In this document: piece by piece, positions 48,280-59,400 of the stretch
Numbering within the stretch: the stretch's first letter is position 1
How the letters are laid out: every line of letters begins with the position of its first letter
Assembly: GCA_023920165.1 (NCBI GenBank)
Contig: CP089278.1
Coordinates: 1,178,001 to 1,242,000, forward strand
Length of the DNA stretch: 64,000 nt
Direction: 5' to 3'
Origin: Curvularia clavata
Taxonomy: Eukaryota
Program-made: the position numbers and the translations under genes
Notes under the pieces: generated by a model
Databases searched by the model: none
What the model was told of the DNA's origin: nothing
Seen by the model: the letters and a program-made list of their open reading frames with translations, nothing else

Positions 48280-50967
48280 ATGGAGTTTCTCAGAGCAGTA
48301 GGCAATCCTCACCGGCGCAAGCCTGACAAGGCAGAGCAGCCGGGAAGGAACCGCCGTATGGCCTACTCTAACACAAGTCCGCTTAAGGACACGTCAAGAC
48401 GCAAGCTCTATCACGGCGGGAGTGATACCGAGACAGGGGTCTTACAAATAGACTACGAGAATGATACCAAGATAGATTATCCGGAAAGGAACCGGCGCGC
48501 AGTCAGCCCTAATACGATTGTACTCGAAGATCGACCAAGACGCAGTTACCACTACAGTCGGAATAATACCGGGACAACCTCTATCAAAGATCGACCAGTA
48601 CGAAAGTACTATCGAAATGGGAACGACACTAAGACGGTCCCAGTTGAAGATCGACCTAGACAAGGGTACCGTCAAGATGGGAATAGTAACAAGATAGACC
48701 AGCCTGGAAGGAACCGACACGCGGACGACTCCGATTCAAGTTTAACCGAGTACCAGACAGAATGCAGGTTTTATCAAGAACAAAAGTATGCTGAAGCAGA
48801 GCCGCTATTAAGACAATGGATTGAGCTGGAGGAAAAAGCTCTAGGCACAGATGATGAGGGCACGCTTAAGCGTAAGCACCGGCTAGCAAGACTGCTCTTT
48901 CGACTAGAAAGGTATAAAGAATCAGAGCAGCTATTGTCGGAGATACTTCGCCTGAGAGAGAAAGAGCTTGGAGTGGATCATGAGGACACACTTGAAAGTA
49001 AGTTCTGGCTAGCAAGAACGCTTTATGAACAGGATAGGAATTTTGAGTCAACGCGGCTATTGCATGAGCTTTTGCAGCAGGAGCAATTGGTGTTTGGCAT
49101 GGATCATGAAAAAACTAAAGGAACTAAAAGGCTTTTGCATAGAGCGATTGTTGCTAAGGGGCGGCTTATCCCGCCCCGAGCATCTGCAAGTCAAGAACTT
49201 CTCTACCAAACAGTTCATGCGCAGCCGCAGCCGACTATCCCGGCCTACGTATTCCCAAGTGAAAAGCCTCTCCATGAAGCAGTTCACGAAAAGGAGCCGG
49301 CTATTCCAATGGAAGCATCCGCAAGTAAAGAGTCCTCCACTAAAGTAGTTCTTGCGAAGAAGCTGGCTGGTCCAACAAATATATTTGCATGGGAAAGGGG
49401 TTTCTCCAAAGAAATTTCTACGCTTTCTACGAATGAGCCGGCTATTCCGACAGGAGCAGCTGCAAATGAACGGTTCTCTCTCGAAGCAGTTTCTGCGAAG
49501 GAGCCAGCTGTCTTAGCAGATGCAATTGAGAGTATAGGTTTTCCCCACAACGTACTCCTTGAGCAGGCGCCGACTGCTTCAACAGACGCACTATCAAGTA
49601 AAGAGATTGACCGGGAGGAGATTCCTGTGCAAGCACAGGTTCCCTCAACAAGCAGCCTTGAAGATGCCGTTCAATCCCGGTTGAGTGATTTCTTCGCTGA
49701 TAATAATCAGAGACAGACAGCATACACTGACTCTGAGATTCAACGGGTCTCGATACTCTTAAGTCAACTCAATCTGCAATGGAGCAAAGTTCCGAGGACA
49801 TACATAGTACTTCGAACTATCGGCTGCTTAGATCTCCTCAATACTTTCGTCGACCTAGGTTACTCTGATCACTGGTTCCCAATTACCGAGCGGAGCCTTC
49901 CGTTAAGCCTTCGGCCCAGCAAGCGTTCACAGTTTGTGGCAGCTCAAAACTTGATAATGACCAAGTCTATGGGCCTTGAAAAGGGCCAACATTGCTTTTT
50001 CCGAAAAGGCGAGCCTCTTCCTCTTGAGATGAAAGAGATGCTAGGCACTGGGTCACACAGAAAGGAAGATCGACAGGTCAATCGGGTTCTCAGCTTGATC
50101 AGCTTCCAAGAGTATGCTCTGAAACAAGTGAAACGCGCCACAGGGTTTGGTGGGAGAGGAACAGAATCCGTCAAACAGTTTATCACTGAGATCCAGATCC
50201 TGAAGCGGATAAAACACGAGCACGTGGTGGAATTTATTGGAAGCTATACTAATCCAGAGGTCATAGGCCTACTCATGTTGCCCGTTGCTGACATGGACCT
50301 ATCCACCTACCTCGAACGTGTCGACATGGCCAAACACCGAGAGTTGCGTACGTTCTTTGGCTGTCTGGCGCGGGCGCTTGAGTTTTTACACGATCAAAAG
50401 ATCCGACACAAAGACATCAAACCTAGCAATATCTTGGTGCATGGCGGAAAAGTCTTGTATACAGATTTTGGGTTAGCACTTGACTTTACAGACAAAGACG
50501 GTAGCACAACAGGGAGCATGGTGAATGGAAGGACAGCAAAGTATTGTGCACCTGAGGTGGCTGATTGTGAATCTCGGAACACTTCGTCCGACATCTGGAG
50601 CCTAGGAGTCGTCTTTCTGGAGATGACGGCAGTTCTCAAGGGAAGAACAGTCGGAAGTGTCTACGATTTTCTCAAACTGCATGGAACAGGGCAAGGCTAT
50701 GTGCGCACAAACCCAACGGGTACTGCTTCTCTTATTGCAGAGCTTAAAGCGACAGGTAGTCCTATCGACAATGCAGCGCTTGTATGGGTTCAGGACATGA
50801 TCATGGTGCAACAGCAGCTACGGCCTACAGCTGCCTGGCTGATCGGCGACATCATCAATGTTGGTCAGGAGAGGGATGGAAATGGAGCTTTTTGTGGGAT
50901 ATGCTGTGCTTCGCACGACGACCTTTTCAGCGATTGGGATGAGCTCGAGATAGCGGATATTAGTTGA
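48280..50967 (+). CDS. Repeat-rich TPR + Ser/Thr protein kinase
   Basis: About three 42-aa TPR units (YAEAEPLL...LGTDDEGTL; LGVDHEDTLESKFWLA; FGMDHEKT). Kinase with YALK, EIQILKRIKH, HKDIKPSNIL, TDFGLA, YCAPE and DIWSLG. Confidence 0.88.
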   Translation: MEFLRAVGNPHRRKPDKAEQPGRNRRMAYSNTSPLKDTSRRKLYHGGSDTETGVLQIDYENDTKIDYPERNRRAVSPNTIVLEDRPRRSYHYSRNNTGTTSIKDRPVRKYYRNGNDTKTVPVEDRPRQGYRQDGNSNKIDQPGRNRHADDSDSSLTEYQTECRFYQEQKYAEAEPLLRQWIELEEKALGTDDEGTLKRKHRLARLLFRLERYKESEQLLSEILRLREKELGVDHEDTLESKFWLARTLYEQDRNFESTRLLHELLQQEQLVFGMDHEKTKGTKRLLHRAIVAKGRLIPPRASASQELLYQTVHAQPQPTIPAYVFPSEKPLHEAVHEKEPAIPMEASASKESSTKVVLAKKLAGPTNIFAWERGFSKEISTLSTNEPAIPTGAAANERFSLEAVSAKEPAVLADAIESIGFPHNVLLEQAPTASTDALSSKEIDREEIPVQAQVPSTSSLEDAVQSRLSDFFADNNQRQTAYTDSEIQRVSILLSQLNLQWSKVPRTYIVLRTIGCLDLLNTFVDLGYSDHWFPITERSLPLSLRPSKRSQFVAAQNLIMTKSMGLEKGQHCFFRKGEPLPLEMKEMLGTGSHRKEDRQVNRVLSLISFQEYALKQVKRATGFGGRGTESVKQFITEIQILKRIKHEHVVEFIGSYTNPEVIGLLMLPVADMDLSTYLERVDMAKHRELRTFFGCLARALEFLHDQKIRHKDIKPSNILVHGGKVLYTDFGLALDFTDKDGSTTGSMVNGRTAKYCAPEVADCESRNTSSDIWSLGVVFLEMTAVLKGRTVGSVYDFLKLHGTGQGYVRTNPTGTASLIAELKATGSPIDNAALVWVQDMIMVQQQLRPTAAWLIGDIINVGQERDGNGAFCGICCASHDDLFSDWDELEIADIS
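48328..48725 (+). repeat. Intragenic imperfect repeats with a 60-nt period
   Basis: (g/a)aagatcgacc at 48526, 48586 and 48646. A second unit, K(A/I)(E/D)xPxRNR, occurs at 48328, 48469 and 48691. Confidence 0.85.
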
Positions 50968-51856
50968 AACTACGCTAAGGTGACAAAAGTTCTTGCATGA
51001 CCAATGGGCATCTAGTGACGAATCCGATTTCAACGAGTTATAATGTGCCCTAGAAATATCATGACAGTGAAGAAAGAGAAGCAAGAAAGCCCTACAAGTC
51101 CAGAATAGCGAACGTGTTGTCACTATCTAGTTCTTTAAAGCGATATGAAGCATACACGTAGCGTCTTTTTCTATATTTATAGTTAGGTTAGAATCATATC
51201 CATACGTATGTTGCAACGGGTCTAAGTATCTTGGTATTCAATTCCTCTGGTTCCATGTACCAGAGATTGAACTTGGAAATGATACATGCTTTACGAGTTG
51301 GCCAGTTTTCTTCTTTTCAACAAAGCTTTTTTCACTGATATGGCTGCGGCTGAAGAACAACGTTTAACAAAAACAAGCTGTATCAAGCCAGGTTACTTGC
51401 AATGCGAAAAGCCAGTGATGTCATAAAAGGACAAACTGTCTATTCTTTTCGCGACAAAAAACTCCCAACCCAAGTCACGACACAAGAATTCACATCGACT
51501 CACCATAATCCATACGTGCATATCAGGCAAGTGATAGTATTCCCTAGCAAAGGCCTGGCGGTTAGTAGTTGCATCTAGAACACACACATCACTAGCAGAT
51601 AACAACGAGCATATAGACATGATCACACAATGGTTAAGCGGAACATCACCCAAGTGAAGCCTCCATTGTATATGTGATCGTGGACCCGCTCAAACGAGAC
51701 AAGGTCAAGCTCCATTGATAGGCCGCAAGTTCAATGCTTGCTCTTTTTGTAAGATACATTCCAGGACTCCGTTGGACCGAACCCCCGAGACCGAAAATGC
51801 TGGTTATCGTGCAGAATCTTCACTTCGTTCCTCCCTTCACCTCTCCGTCGAGACGT

Positions 51857-52486
51857 TTATCGGACGATGCCCTCGAATCGGTTCTTGTACCACTTGATGG
51901 TCTCGGCCTGGTTAACGCGGTGGGATGGGCCAATCTTGCTCTGACACCTCCTGCGCTTGGTGACACGCTCACCGGGGCGGGTCATGCAGACGTAGAAGTC
52001 CATACCGTAGATACTGCTCCAGTCAGCCAATGCCTCTCTCGCCTTCACTGCCCATGTTCCACGTACCCAATGCTAGGGTCGTACTTGATACCCAAGTCGA
52101 TGTGCTCGTTGATACCGAAACCGAAGTTGCCGGACTCGGAGAAGTTGCGCTTGCGGAGCTCGTACTCCTTGACCTTGAGACCGCGCTCGAGGATCTCCTC
52201 GGCCTTGGGGCCACGGACGGTAACGTGGACGGCAATCTTTTCGTTCCTTCGGATACCGAAAGTACGGACGGTGTAGCGGGCCTTGGAGTAGACGGGAGTT
52301 TGACCGGACAGCTGCTCAAGCACCTTGGCGGCACGAGTGAGACGATCACCAGACTCGCCGACGGAGATGTTGAGGACGAGCTTCTGGATGCGGAGCTCCC
52401 GCATGGGGTTGGAGGCCTTGGAGTCGGACTGCCATTGCTGTTAGCTTGCGCAGTGCAAGATACTGTCGAATTTTGCTGCGTACCAT
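51857..52486 (-). CDS. RPL11: 60S ribosomal protein L11 (uL5)
   Basis: ATG-only first exon (52486-52484). [34 protein letters not shown]...[14 protein letters not shown], intron, [10 protein letters not shown]...FEGIVR*. Confidence 0.97.
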
Positions 52487-52599
52487 TGTGATTGACTGCG
52501 GAGGTTAGTAGGCGTGGGTGGCTGTCGAAGTCGCTGGAGTTGATTTCTTGCGAAAAGCATTTGGTCCTGTGGAGTTCTCGCTTAAGCGCGACTAAGATA

Positions 52600-52609
52600 G
52601 TCACGTGAC
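52600..52609. promoter_or_regulatory. Palindromic GTCACGTGAC (bHLH/Cbf1-type E-box) in the RPL11-SmB divergent promoter
   Basis: Perfect 10-bp palindrome, 114 bp upstream of the RPL11 ATG. Confidence 0.5.
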
Positions 52610-52764
52610 AACATGCCTGAGCTCCGGACATGAACTTTGTCTTGCGAACACCAACAGCTCCAGACGCCCCGCCGATCGCCCACGACACGGGGATAACACC
52701 TCAATAACCCGCCTATACCCATTCACCGAGCTTGCAAGTCGTCTCCGGACGCGCAAAACAAGTC

Positions 52765-53631
52765 ATGTCTGGCGCCGCCAACCGTCAGGGAAAGATGGTA
52801 AGTAAATCTGCCTAGCAGCTCGAGTCTTTGACCTGAGAGGAAGACGCGCATAGAAACTAACTGACGCTTGACGATGTAGCAAAATCTAGTAAGCGCCCCT
52901 GATTCCGCTCACAGTCGCATCCAACTTACAAGACTAGATCAACTACCGCATGAAAGTTACGCTTCAAGATGGTCGGCAAATGGTTGGACAGATGCTCGCA
53001 TTTGACAAGGTCGGTGCCAATACTCTCTCTACAGGTGCCCAGCTAACACGGTACTTTCTAGCACATGAACCTTGTACTCGCCGACACAGAGGAGTTCCGC
53101 CGTACACGAAGGAAGGGTAAAGCCGCACCGGGCGCAACCCAGCAAGTCACCGAAACCGAAGAGCGACGCGCCATTGGACTCACTATCATCCGTGGCGCCC
53201 ACGTCATTTCCCTGTCGGTCGATGGCCCGCCGCCTGCAGACCCTGCCGCACGACTTGGAGCAACCTCTGGACCTTCTACTACTGCAGCACTGGCTGCTGG
53301 ACCTGGTGTCGCCCGTCCTGCTGGACGCGGTCTGCCTGTTGGCTTGACTGGACCAGCTCCTGGTGTTGGAGCTCCTGGCCCCGGATTTGCAGGTGGCTTC
53401 CCAGGCGCCCCTGGAGCCTTCGGTGGACCACCTCCCTTCCCAGGACGTGGTGGCCCACCTGGAGGACCACGTACGTTTCCTCGAACAATTCAGAATCGCA
53501 GTTGCTAACATCTTACAGCTGGTTACCCTCCCGCAGGTGGCCCTCCTGGCTTTGGAGGCCCGCCAGCATTTGGTGGCCCGCCAGGTTTCCCTGGTCGTGG
53601 TGGACCACCTCCAGGCTATGGTGGCAGGTAG
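52765..53631 (+). CDS. SMB1: Small nuclear ribonucleoprotein SmB/B'
   Basis: MSGAANRQGKM, QNL, INYRMKVTLQDGRQMVGQMLAFDK, HMNLVLADTEEFRR...RAIGLTIIRG and a G/P/R-rich tail. Four introns. Confidence 0.95.
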
Positions 53632-54234
53632 ATCAACAACGGAACCGGCATAAAGGACGACTAAGAGAAGAAACAAGCATTGGAATTGGCAAGCTAAGAG
53701 CGCAACGCGCTGCCTTGTTGCGGATATCAGGGAGCGCATCGGGGCACTGATGAGATCAAAGTCCAGCAGCCCATAGGCGTTGGAAAAGCTCAGTGATTTA
53801 GGTTGAGCTCAAAGGCCACAAATAGCACTGACAGGGCGGGCATACTCAATCCATAAGTATAGGAGAGTTCAGTTTGAGGGGTTTAAGATATACCATTGGC
53901 CCAAGGGCCACAAAATGAATCGAATGCAAACATGTCAGTGTTTGCGGTTTTCGGACTCCCACGCTTTTGCCTGTATACAATCACGCCTAGTCCAATGACT
54001 GCGTCAGCATGCACGTGGTGTGCCTCCGATGTTGCGTCTCCCGATTGCAGTCATAGTAGTTCCCGGTGCGCCGCTCGCTCGGCCCCAACCAAAGGCTTGG
54101 CAACCAATCCGTTCCGCATCTCGCAAACTGCGCGACCCACGACACGAGCTTACCTCCCACGCCTTCCGCCCGTCGCATATACCCTTTGCACTGCTCTTTC
54201 TTGCGAGTAGAAGCGAGCAAAGGACGTCACAAAT

Positions 54235-54916
54235 ATGGCCGCCGCAATCAAAGCCCTCAATGCGAAGATTCGCTCCAACAAGTACACAGATTACTTCTGC
54301 TCGACCCGTACGTTTTACCCGCTTCTCGGAGGCCGAATCCGCACCGCATCACTTGAAGACTTCCCAAGAAGAATCTGAATGTGCGCGGGAGGAAGAGAGC
54401 GAAGGGATAAACAACTACCATGATTTCAATGACACAACCGCTGACAGCGACATGCACACAGATTTCTGGGGCCCGGCGAGTAACTTTGGTATCCCGATTG
54501 CGGCCATTGCGGACATGAGCAAAGACCCCGAGATGTACGTTTTTGCCCTGCTCTCAGCCCAACCGCTACGTTAAATTCTCAATATTCACCTACTTCCGAT
54601 TCACTATCGCCTACATCTCTCTCCTTCCCCTCACCACATACACTCACCCCTCCTCCAAGCCCTCTTTACTAACACTCCGAACAGCATCTCTGGCCGCATG
54701 ACCGGCGCCCTCACCCTCTACTCCGGCACCTTCATGCGCTACGCCATGGCCGTCACACCCGCAAACTACCTTCTCTTCGGCTGTCACGCGATCAACTTCA
54801 CCTCTCAACTCGTACAAGGCTACCGCTACCTGAACTACTGGCACTTTGGCGGCAGGGACGCCACGCTTGCGGGCAAGGCGGACAAGATCAAGGCGGAGGT
54901 GGAGAAGAAGCTGTAG
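54235..54916 (+). CDS. MPC1: Mitochondrial pyruvate carrier subunit 1
   Basis: [63 protein letters not shown]. Two introns. Confidence 0.93.
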
Positions 54917-55313
54917 TTTGTTGCGAAAGTATGTCTGGAGCGTAGGTCTAAAGTGAATAGCGACAAGGAGAGGGAGTGACTGTGCATAAGAATATAGGCC
55001 CTTTTCTTTTCCTCTTCTCTGTGTAGAACATTAAGACAAGAAGTATACAATCCATCTTGTGTTTTTTGCTCTCGATTACGCAATTTTTTTGCTACGTACA
55101 GTACATGGCGATACGTATCCAAATGGTCCCATGAAAAATTTAACCAAGTTTCAAAACATAACAGTAAAAATGCCTTATGAATTGGGCTTTCGACTATGGA
55201 TATCGCAACCATATTTCCAAGAAAATCGAAAGAAGAAAACGAAACAAAAATCTTCCTAGCAAAGACAACATAATGTCCAATTCCCTCTCTCATTACTGCA
55301 ACTCTACTTACTC

Positions 55314-58300
55314 TCACATCAAACTACTCCTCCCCCCAATCTCAGTGCCACCCTGTCCATTCGGCAAATTGCCGTCCCTCCCATCTACAAACTCCGTATA
55401 AATCCTCTTCAAACGCATGCGCTCCTGGGCTGAGATACTACTGCGACCCGACGTAAGCGATGACTCGATGTGCTTCCACTGAATCTGAGGGTCTTTTCTT
55501 TCCCCAGCAGTACCATCCGGCAGCTTCGTATCTGCGTCGTGCGCGTCATCTTTTTGAGAATCCACAGCCCCACTGACGGACCGCTGGAGCTGTTTTTGTT
55601 TGCGGCGGAGAGACTGCAGGGAAGCTATCTTCTGGGCGATCATGGCACGCTCAGTGAGTTGGTGCGAGGTGCGGAGAGCAGACTCGGTATTGTTATCATC
55701 GTTGTCGCCGTAGCGGAAGTAGGAGAAGTCGGGGATGCCTTTTGTATCTTTTGTACTGCTGTTTTTGTTGCCAGCGGCGTCGAGTTTGGATGGGTCAATG
55801 TCGCCGAGGGCGTCGTGAATGGCTTCTAATTGTGCGTTGTAGACGACGGCTTGCAGGTCGGCGCCAGAATATCCGTCTGTTCTACTAGCGATTTCTCGTA
55901 AGTTTTGACCGGATGCATCTGCGGAGAGGATGCTGGGTGTAAGATGCAGCTTGGCTGTCACGGCGCGTAGAATGTCGATACGCTCTTCTACGTCGGGCAT
56001 ATCACAGAGGAGCGACTTATCCAGACGACCTGGGCGGAGGAGCGCAGGATCGATGAGATCAGGACGCGATGTAGCGGCTAGTACGTAGACGCCTGAAAGA
56101 CCTTCGGCACCGTCCATCTGTGTAAGCAGTTGGTTGACTACGCGATCCGTGACACCGGTCGAGTCGTGGCCACGCTTAGGTGCAATCGAATCGAATTCAT
56201 CAAAGAACAAGACGCAAGGCCGTGCTGCTTCAGCTCGCTCGAAGAGATCACGGACGGATTTTTCGGAAGCACCAATGTACTTATTCAGGATTTCGGGGCC
56301 CTTGACTGAAATGAAGTTGAGGCCGCACTCACCAGCTACGGCCGAGGCGAGCAGTGTTTTTCCACATCCAGGGTAGCCGTAAAGAAGCAGACCTGAGCGG
56401 AGACGCAGCGGGCATTTCGCAAAGATAGGGGCGTACGTGGTGGGATATTGTAGCGTTTCCAAGAGGACCTGCCGTGTAGTGTGTAGCCCACCTATTGAGT
56501 CCCATTTCGTGGTGCTGGATTGCAAAGTGACGTTCCGCAGTGAGGCTGGGGTGAAGCCTGAAAGGGCGTTGGCATAGTCTTCTCGCGTGAGCGTGACTGT
56601 AGGTGACGTTGACGTAACGGAACGGATGAGTGCTTCATTCCGAGCGCGAGAGGTTAGTAGGACGAGATCGCCAGGCATGTAACCATCTGTCTGTCCCGCA
56701 AGGTCGAGGAAGTCAATGGTAGAATCGACAGTGAACCCATATTCGTCAGAAGGCGGTTTTGGTATGCTGTCGATGCTAGGCTGACTGCGGTGGGCAGTGC
56801 TTGGTCGACTGTTTGAGGGAGAAGCCGGGAAAGCATGGCCGTTCACTTGCTCCGTGGACTCCGTCTTGGCATCCTTGAAAGCTAGCATCTCAATCACCTT
56901 TCTTCTACCTTCCTTGTTGGGTGCCTTCAAACTGACAATTTCCCGAACAATGTGGCCTCCTACGATAACGTTGTTAAGCGATTCTTTGCCTTGTGCCGTC
57001 GCTAGTAGCACCACGCCAGAGTCCATGGAACAGTACTGTCGGACGATGTTGATCAGGCACTCGCTGACTTGCCGGCTTCGGCCATTCTCGTTGCCAACCT
57101 GAAGCTCAGTTTCAACGGGACATAGCTTGTCAAGGTCATCTAGAATGACTACGGCGTTTCCGCCGCCTCTTGCACCCCATGATGCTGTGGCAAACAATCG
57201 GTTGAGCGTTTCCTTGATAGTCGCAACACGCGTCTCATCTGTCACGAGTTTTCGACAGGGAAAGTATGTGGTATTGAACAAGTACTCGGTCCGAAGCTGA
57301 TGGGCAAGAAGCTGTGCGCATTCTGATTTTCCTGCTCCAAGTCCTCCAGTAAGCAGGACCGATGAATTGTGCGTCAGATGCGACCTCAGCTGTTGAATCA
57401 GAGGATCAATTCCAACCAGATGCGATGGTGTTTCTGGGAGCGGATCGCCTTGCTGCCATCCCTTGGCCCAGGTTGACGGTACGGATACCTCTTGACCAAG
57501 TTCAAGTGGAGGTTTTCTCTCAGGAAAGAGAACCCATGAAACCCCGCTGGCTGTCGAGGGAGGATCAAACCTGACGATACCTCCTTGCCACCCAAGTTCA
57601 GAATCTTTGGCTGGCGGTAGTACCATACCATCGGTGACTGGTCCGTCCAAGATACCGTTCTTCTTTCCATAAGTAGTTTTGATCTTCTGGATGGCGTTCT
57701 CCTGATCTTGCTTAGACTCTCCGCCAAATTTTAGTGATGCGTTGCTGAGTGACGCTGCTGTTGCGAAAGGCAAAATCTTGACTGACTTTACAACCGGCTC
57801 TCTAGACTCTTTTGTGCCTTGTGGCTTGATGGCGGGCGGCTTTGGGGTTTGAGCCGGTGCACCTTCAATGCGAACCAGTCCACCTACGAATTTCTCGCAA
57901 CCAAGGACCTTGCAGAGGTCTGTCGAAAGCGCTACATGGCGACTGTCAGGCGCATCTTCCCATGGTACGATTCTGGCTACCACACGAGCTGCAGCTTTCT
58001 CCTGCTCCTGTTCCTTTGACATGTCGACCGGCTCTTGCAGACCTGCAGGCTTAATGACTGATACGGAAACCCACGTGGTGCCTCTCAGTGCCTTTGTGGC
58101 AAGCACTTCAGGATCTACCCAGACCTTCAGACCCTCTGCCTCTGCCTCTGCATCATCGTCTTCGTCAAACCACTCATGAACGACGCTTCGATCAACACCA
58201 CGCAAAAAGACGACACCCTTGCTTGCAGCATCCTCACGACCGCTGCGCCGTCGGACTGTGCTCGCCGTGCTCTTTCCGCTTTTTCTCGAAGCAGCGCCTA

Positions 58301-59058
58301 CGCTCCTGCTCTCCCGTGACGAGCTCTTCTCCTTTTGTCGTGTCTTGGGCGCAACGATAACTTCGGCGTCGGGCGATATTTTGACAAAGAGTGATGTATT
58401 CTGTGGCACAGGGGCGATGGACGTCACGATGATGTTCGCAGTCGTCGTAGGGGATAGATGGAGGGTTAAGGGGTGCGGCGACTGAGCTTGTGGATTAGGC
58501 AATGCGCGTATCTGCGAGAGGAAGTTGAGTTCGAGGAATTGAGCATGAAGCTCAATCATTTCCCAGTCAACAGGTGTCAATGGCTCAATGTTGATGGTGT
58601 GCGCTTGGGGAGGGTCAAGGTGCAGTATGATGCCGACTTTCTGTCCCTGCTGAAGCCCAATCAATCGCGCAAATGTGGCGTCTACTTCTACAGCAGGGAG
58701 ATCCTGTTGGCTGACTGCCGGACTGCCTCTTAACCCATCCTTTCCAACCACAGGCGCGATTCTGCGCTTGCTCTGCATGCCGGTCCATCCCAAGAAGACC
58801 GACTTGGGAGCGGCGTTCTTGTTGTCAGCGGCGCCTGGAGGAGGAGGCTGGCGGTACGAGAGCTCGACGACAACATTCTGGGCAACCTGGACACAGTGTC
58901 AGCATTGAATATCAAGGACGACACAAGTCCCGTACTGTGTTGGCATTGACAAGCACCGAAACCAACGACGCCGGCAGGTTGACGAGGCAGTTCTTGAGTG
59001 ACTGCTGCAAGACGACCTCAGCCTGGACGACGTTTCCGGCAGGCTTCCTGGGCGCCAT
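55314..59058 (-). CDS. PEX1: Peroxisomal biogenesis AAA ATPase Pex1
   Basis: ATG 59058, LKNCLVNLP, intron 58935-58887. Then IEPLTPVDWEMIELHA, D2 GLLLYGYPGCGKT, FFDEFDSIAPKRGHDSTGVTDRVVNQ, RPGRLDK and C-terminal EIGGRSSLM. Confidence 0.95.
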
Positions 59059-59400
59059 AGCTAGAGAAGGGAATGATTAGGGGACTGGGGAATGGAGAAT
59101 GCAGAATGACGGCAGCTGTTCCCGCCAGGCGCATGTCGTCCCCAAGCGCATCTTCCCTCCGCGAGCCGAGGTCGTCGGCGCCGATGGTTCCCAAGGCGGT
59201 GGTGGGCGGCAGAACCGGGCGCGGGCCAATCGCTCCACTGCCCTGGAAACGCGGGTTGACGCGCTCCTAGCCTGCAACGCGCCCAGCCCCGATTTTGCTA
59301 CCGCGCATCCTCCCCGCTGCCACTGTGCCCGAGATAGCAGTTAAACACCCGACTCACGGCCTTCTTTTTTTTTAGCAGCCAATTACTATTCTCGGATATC

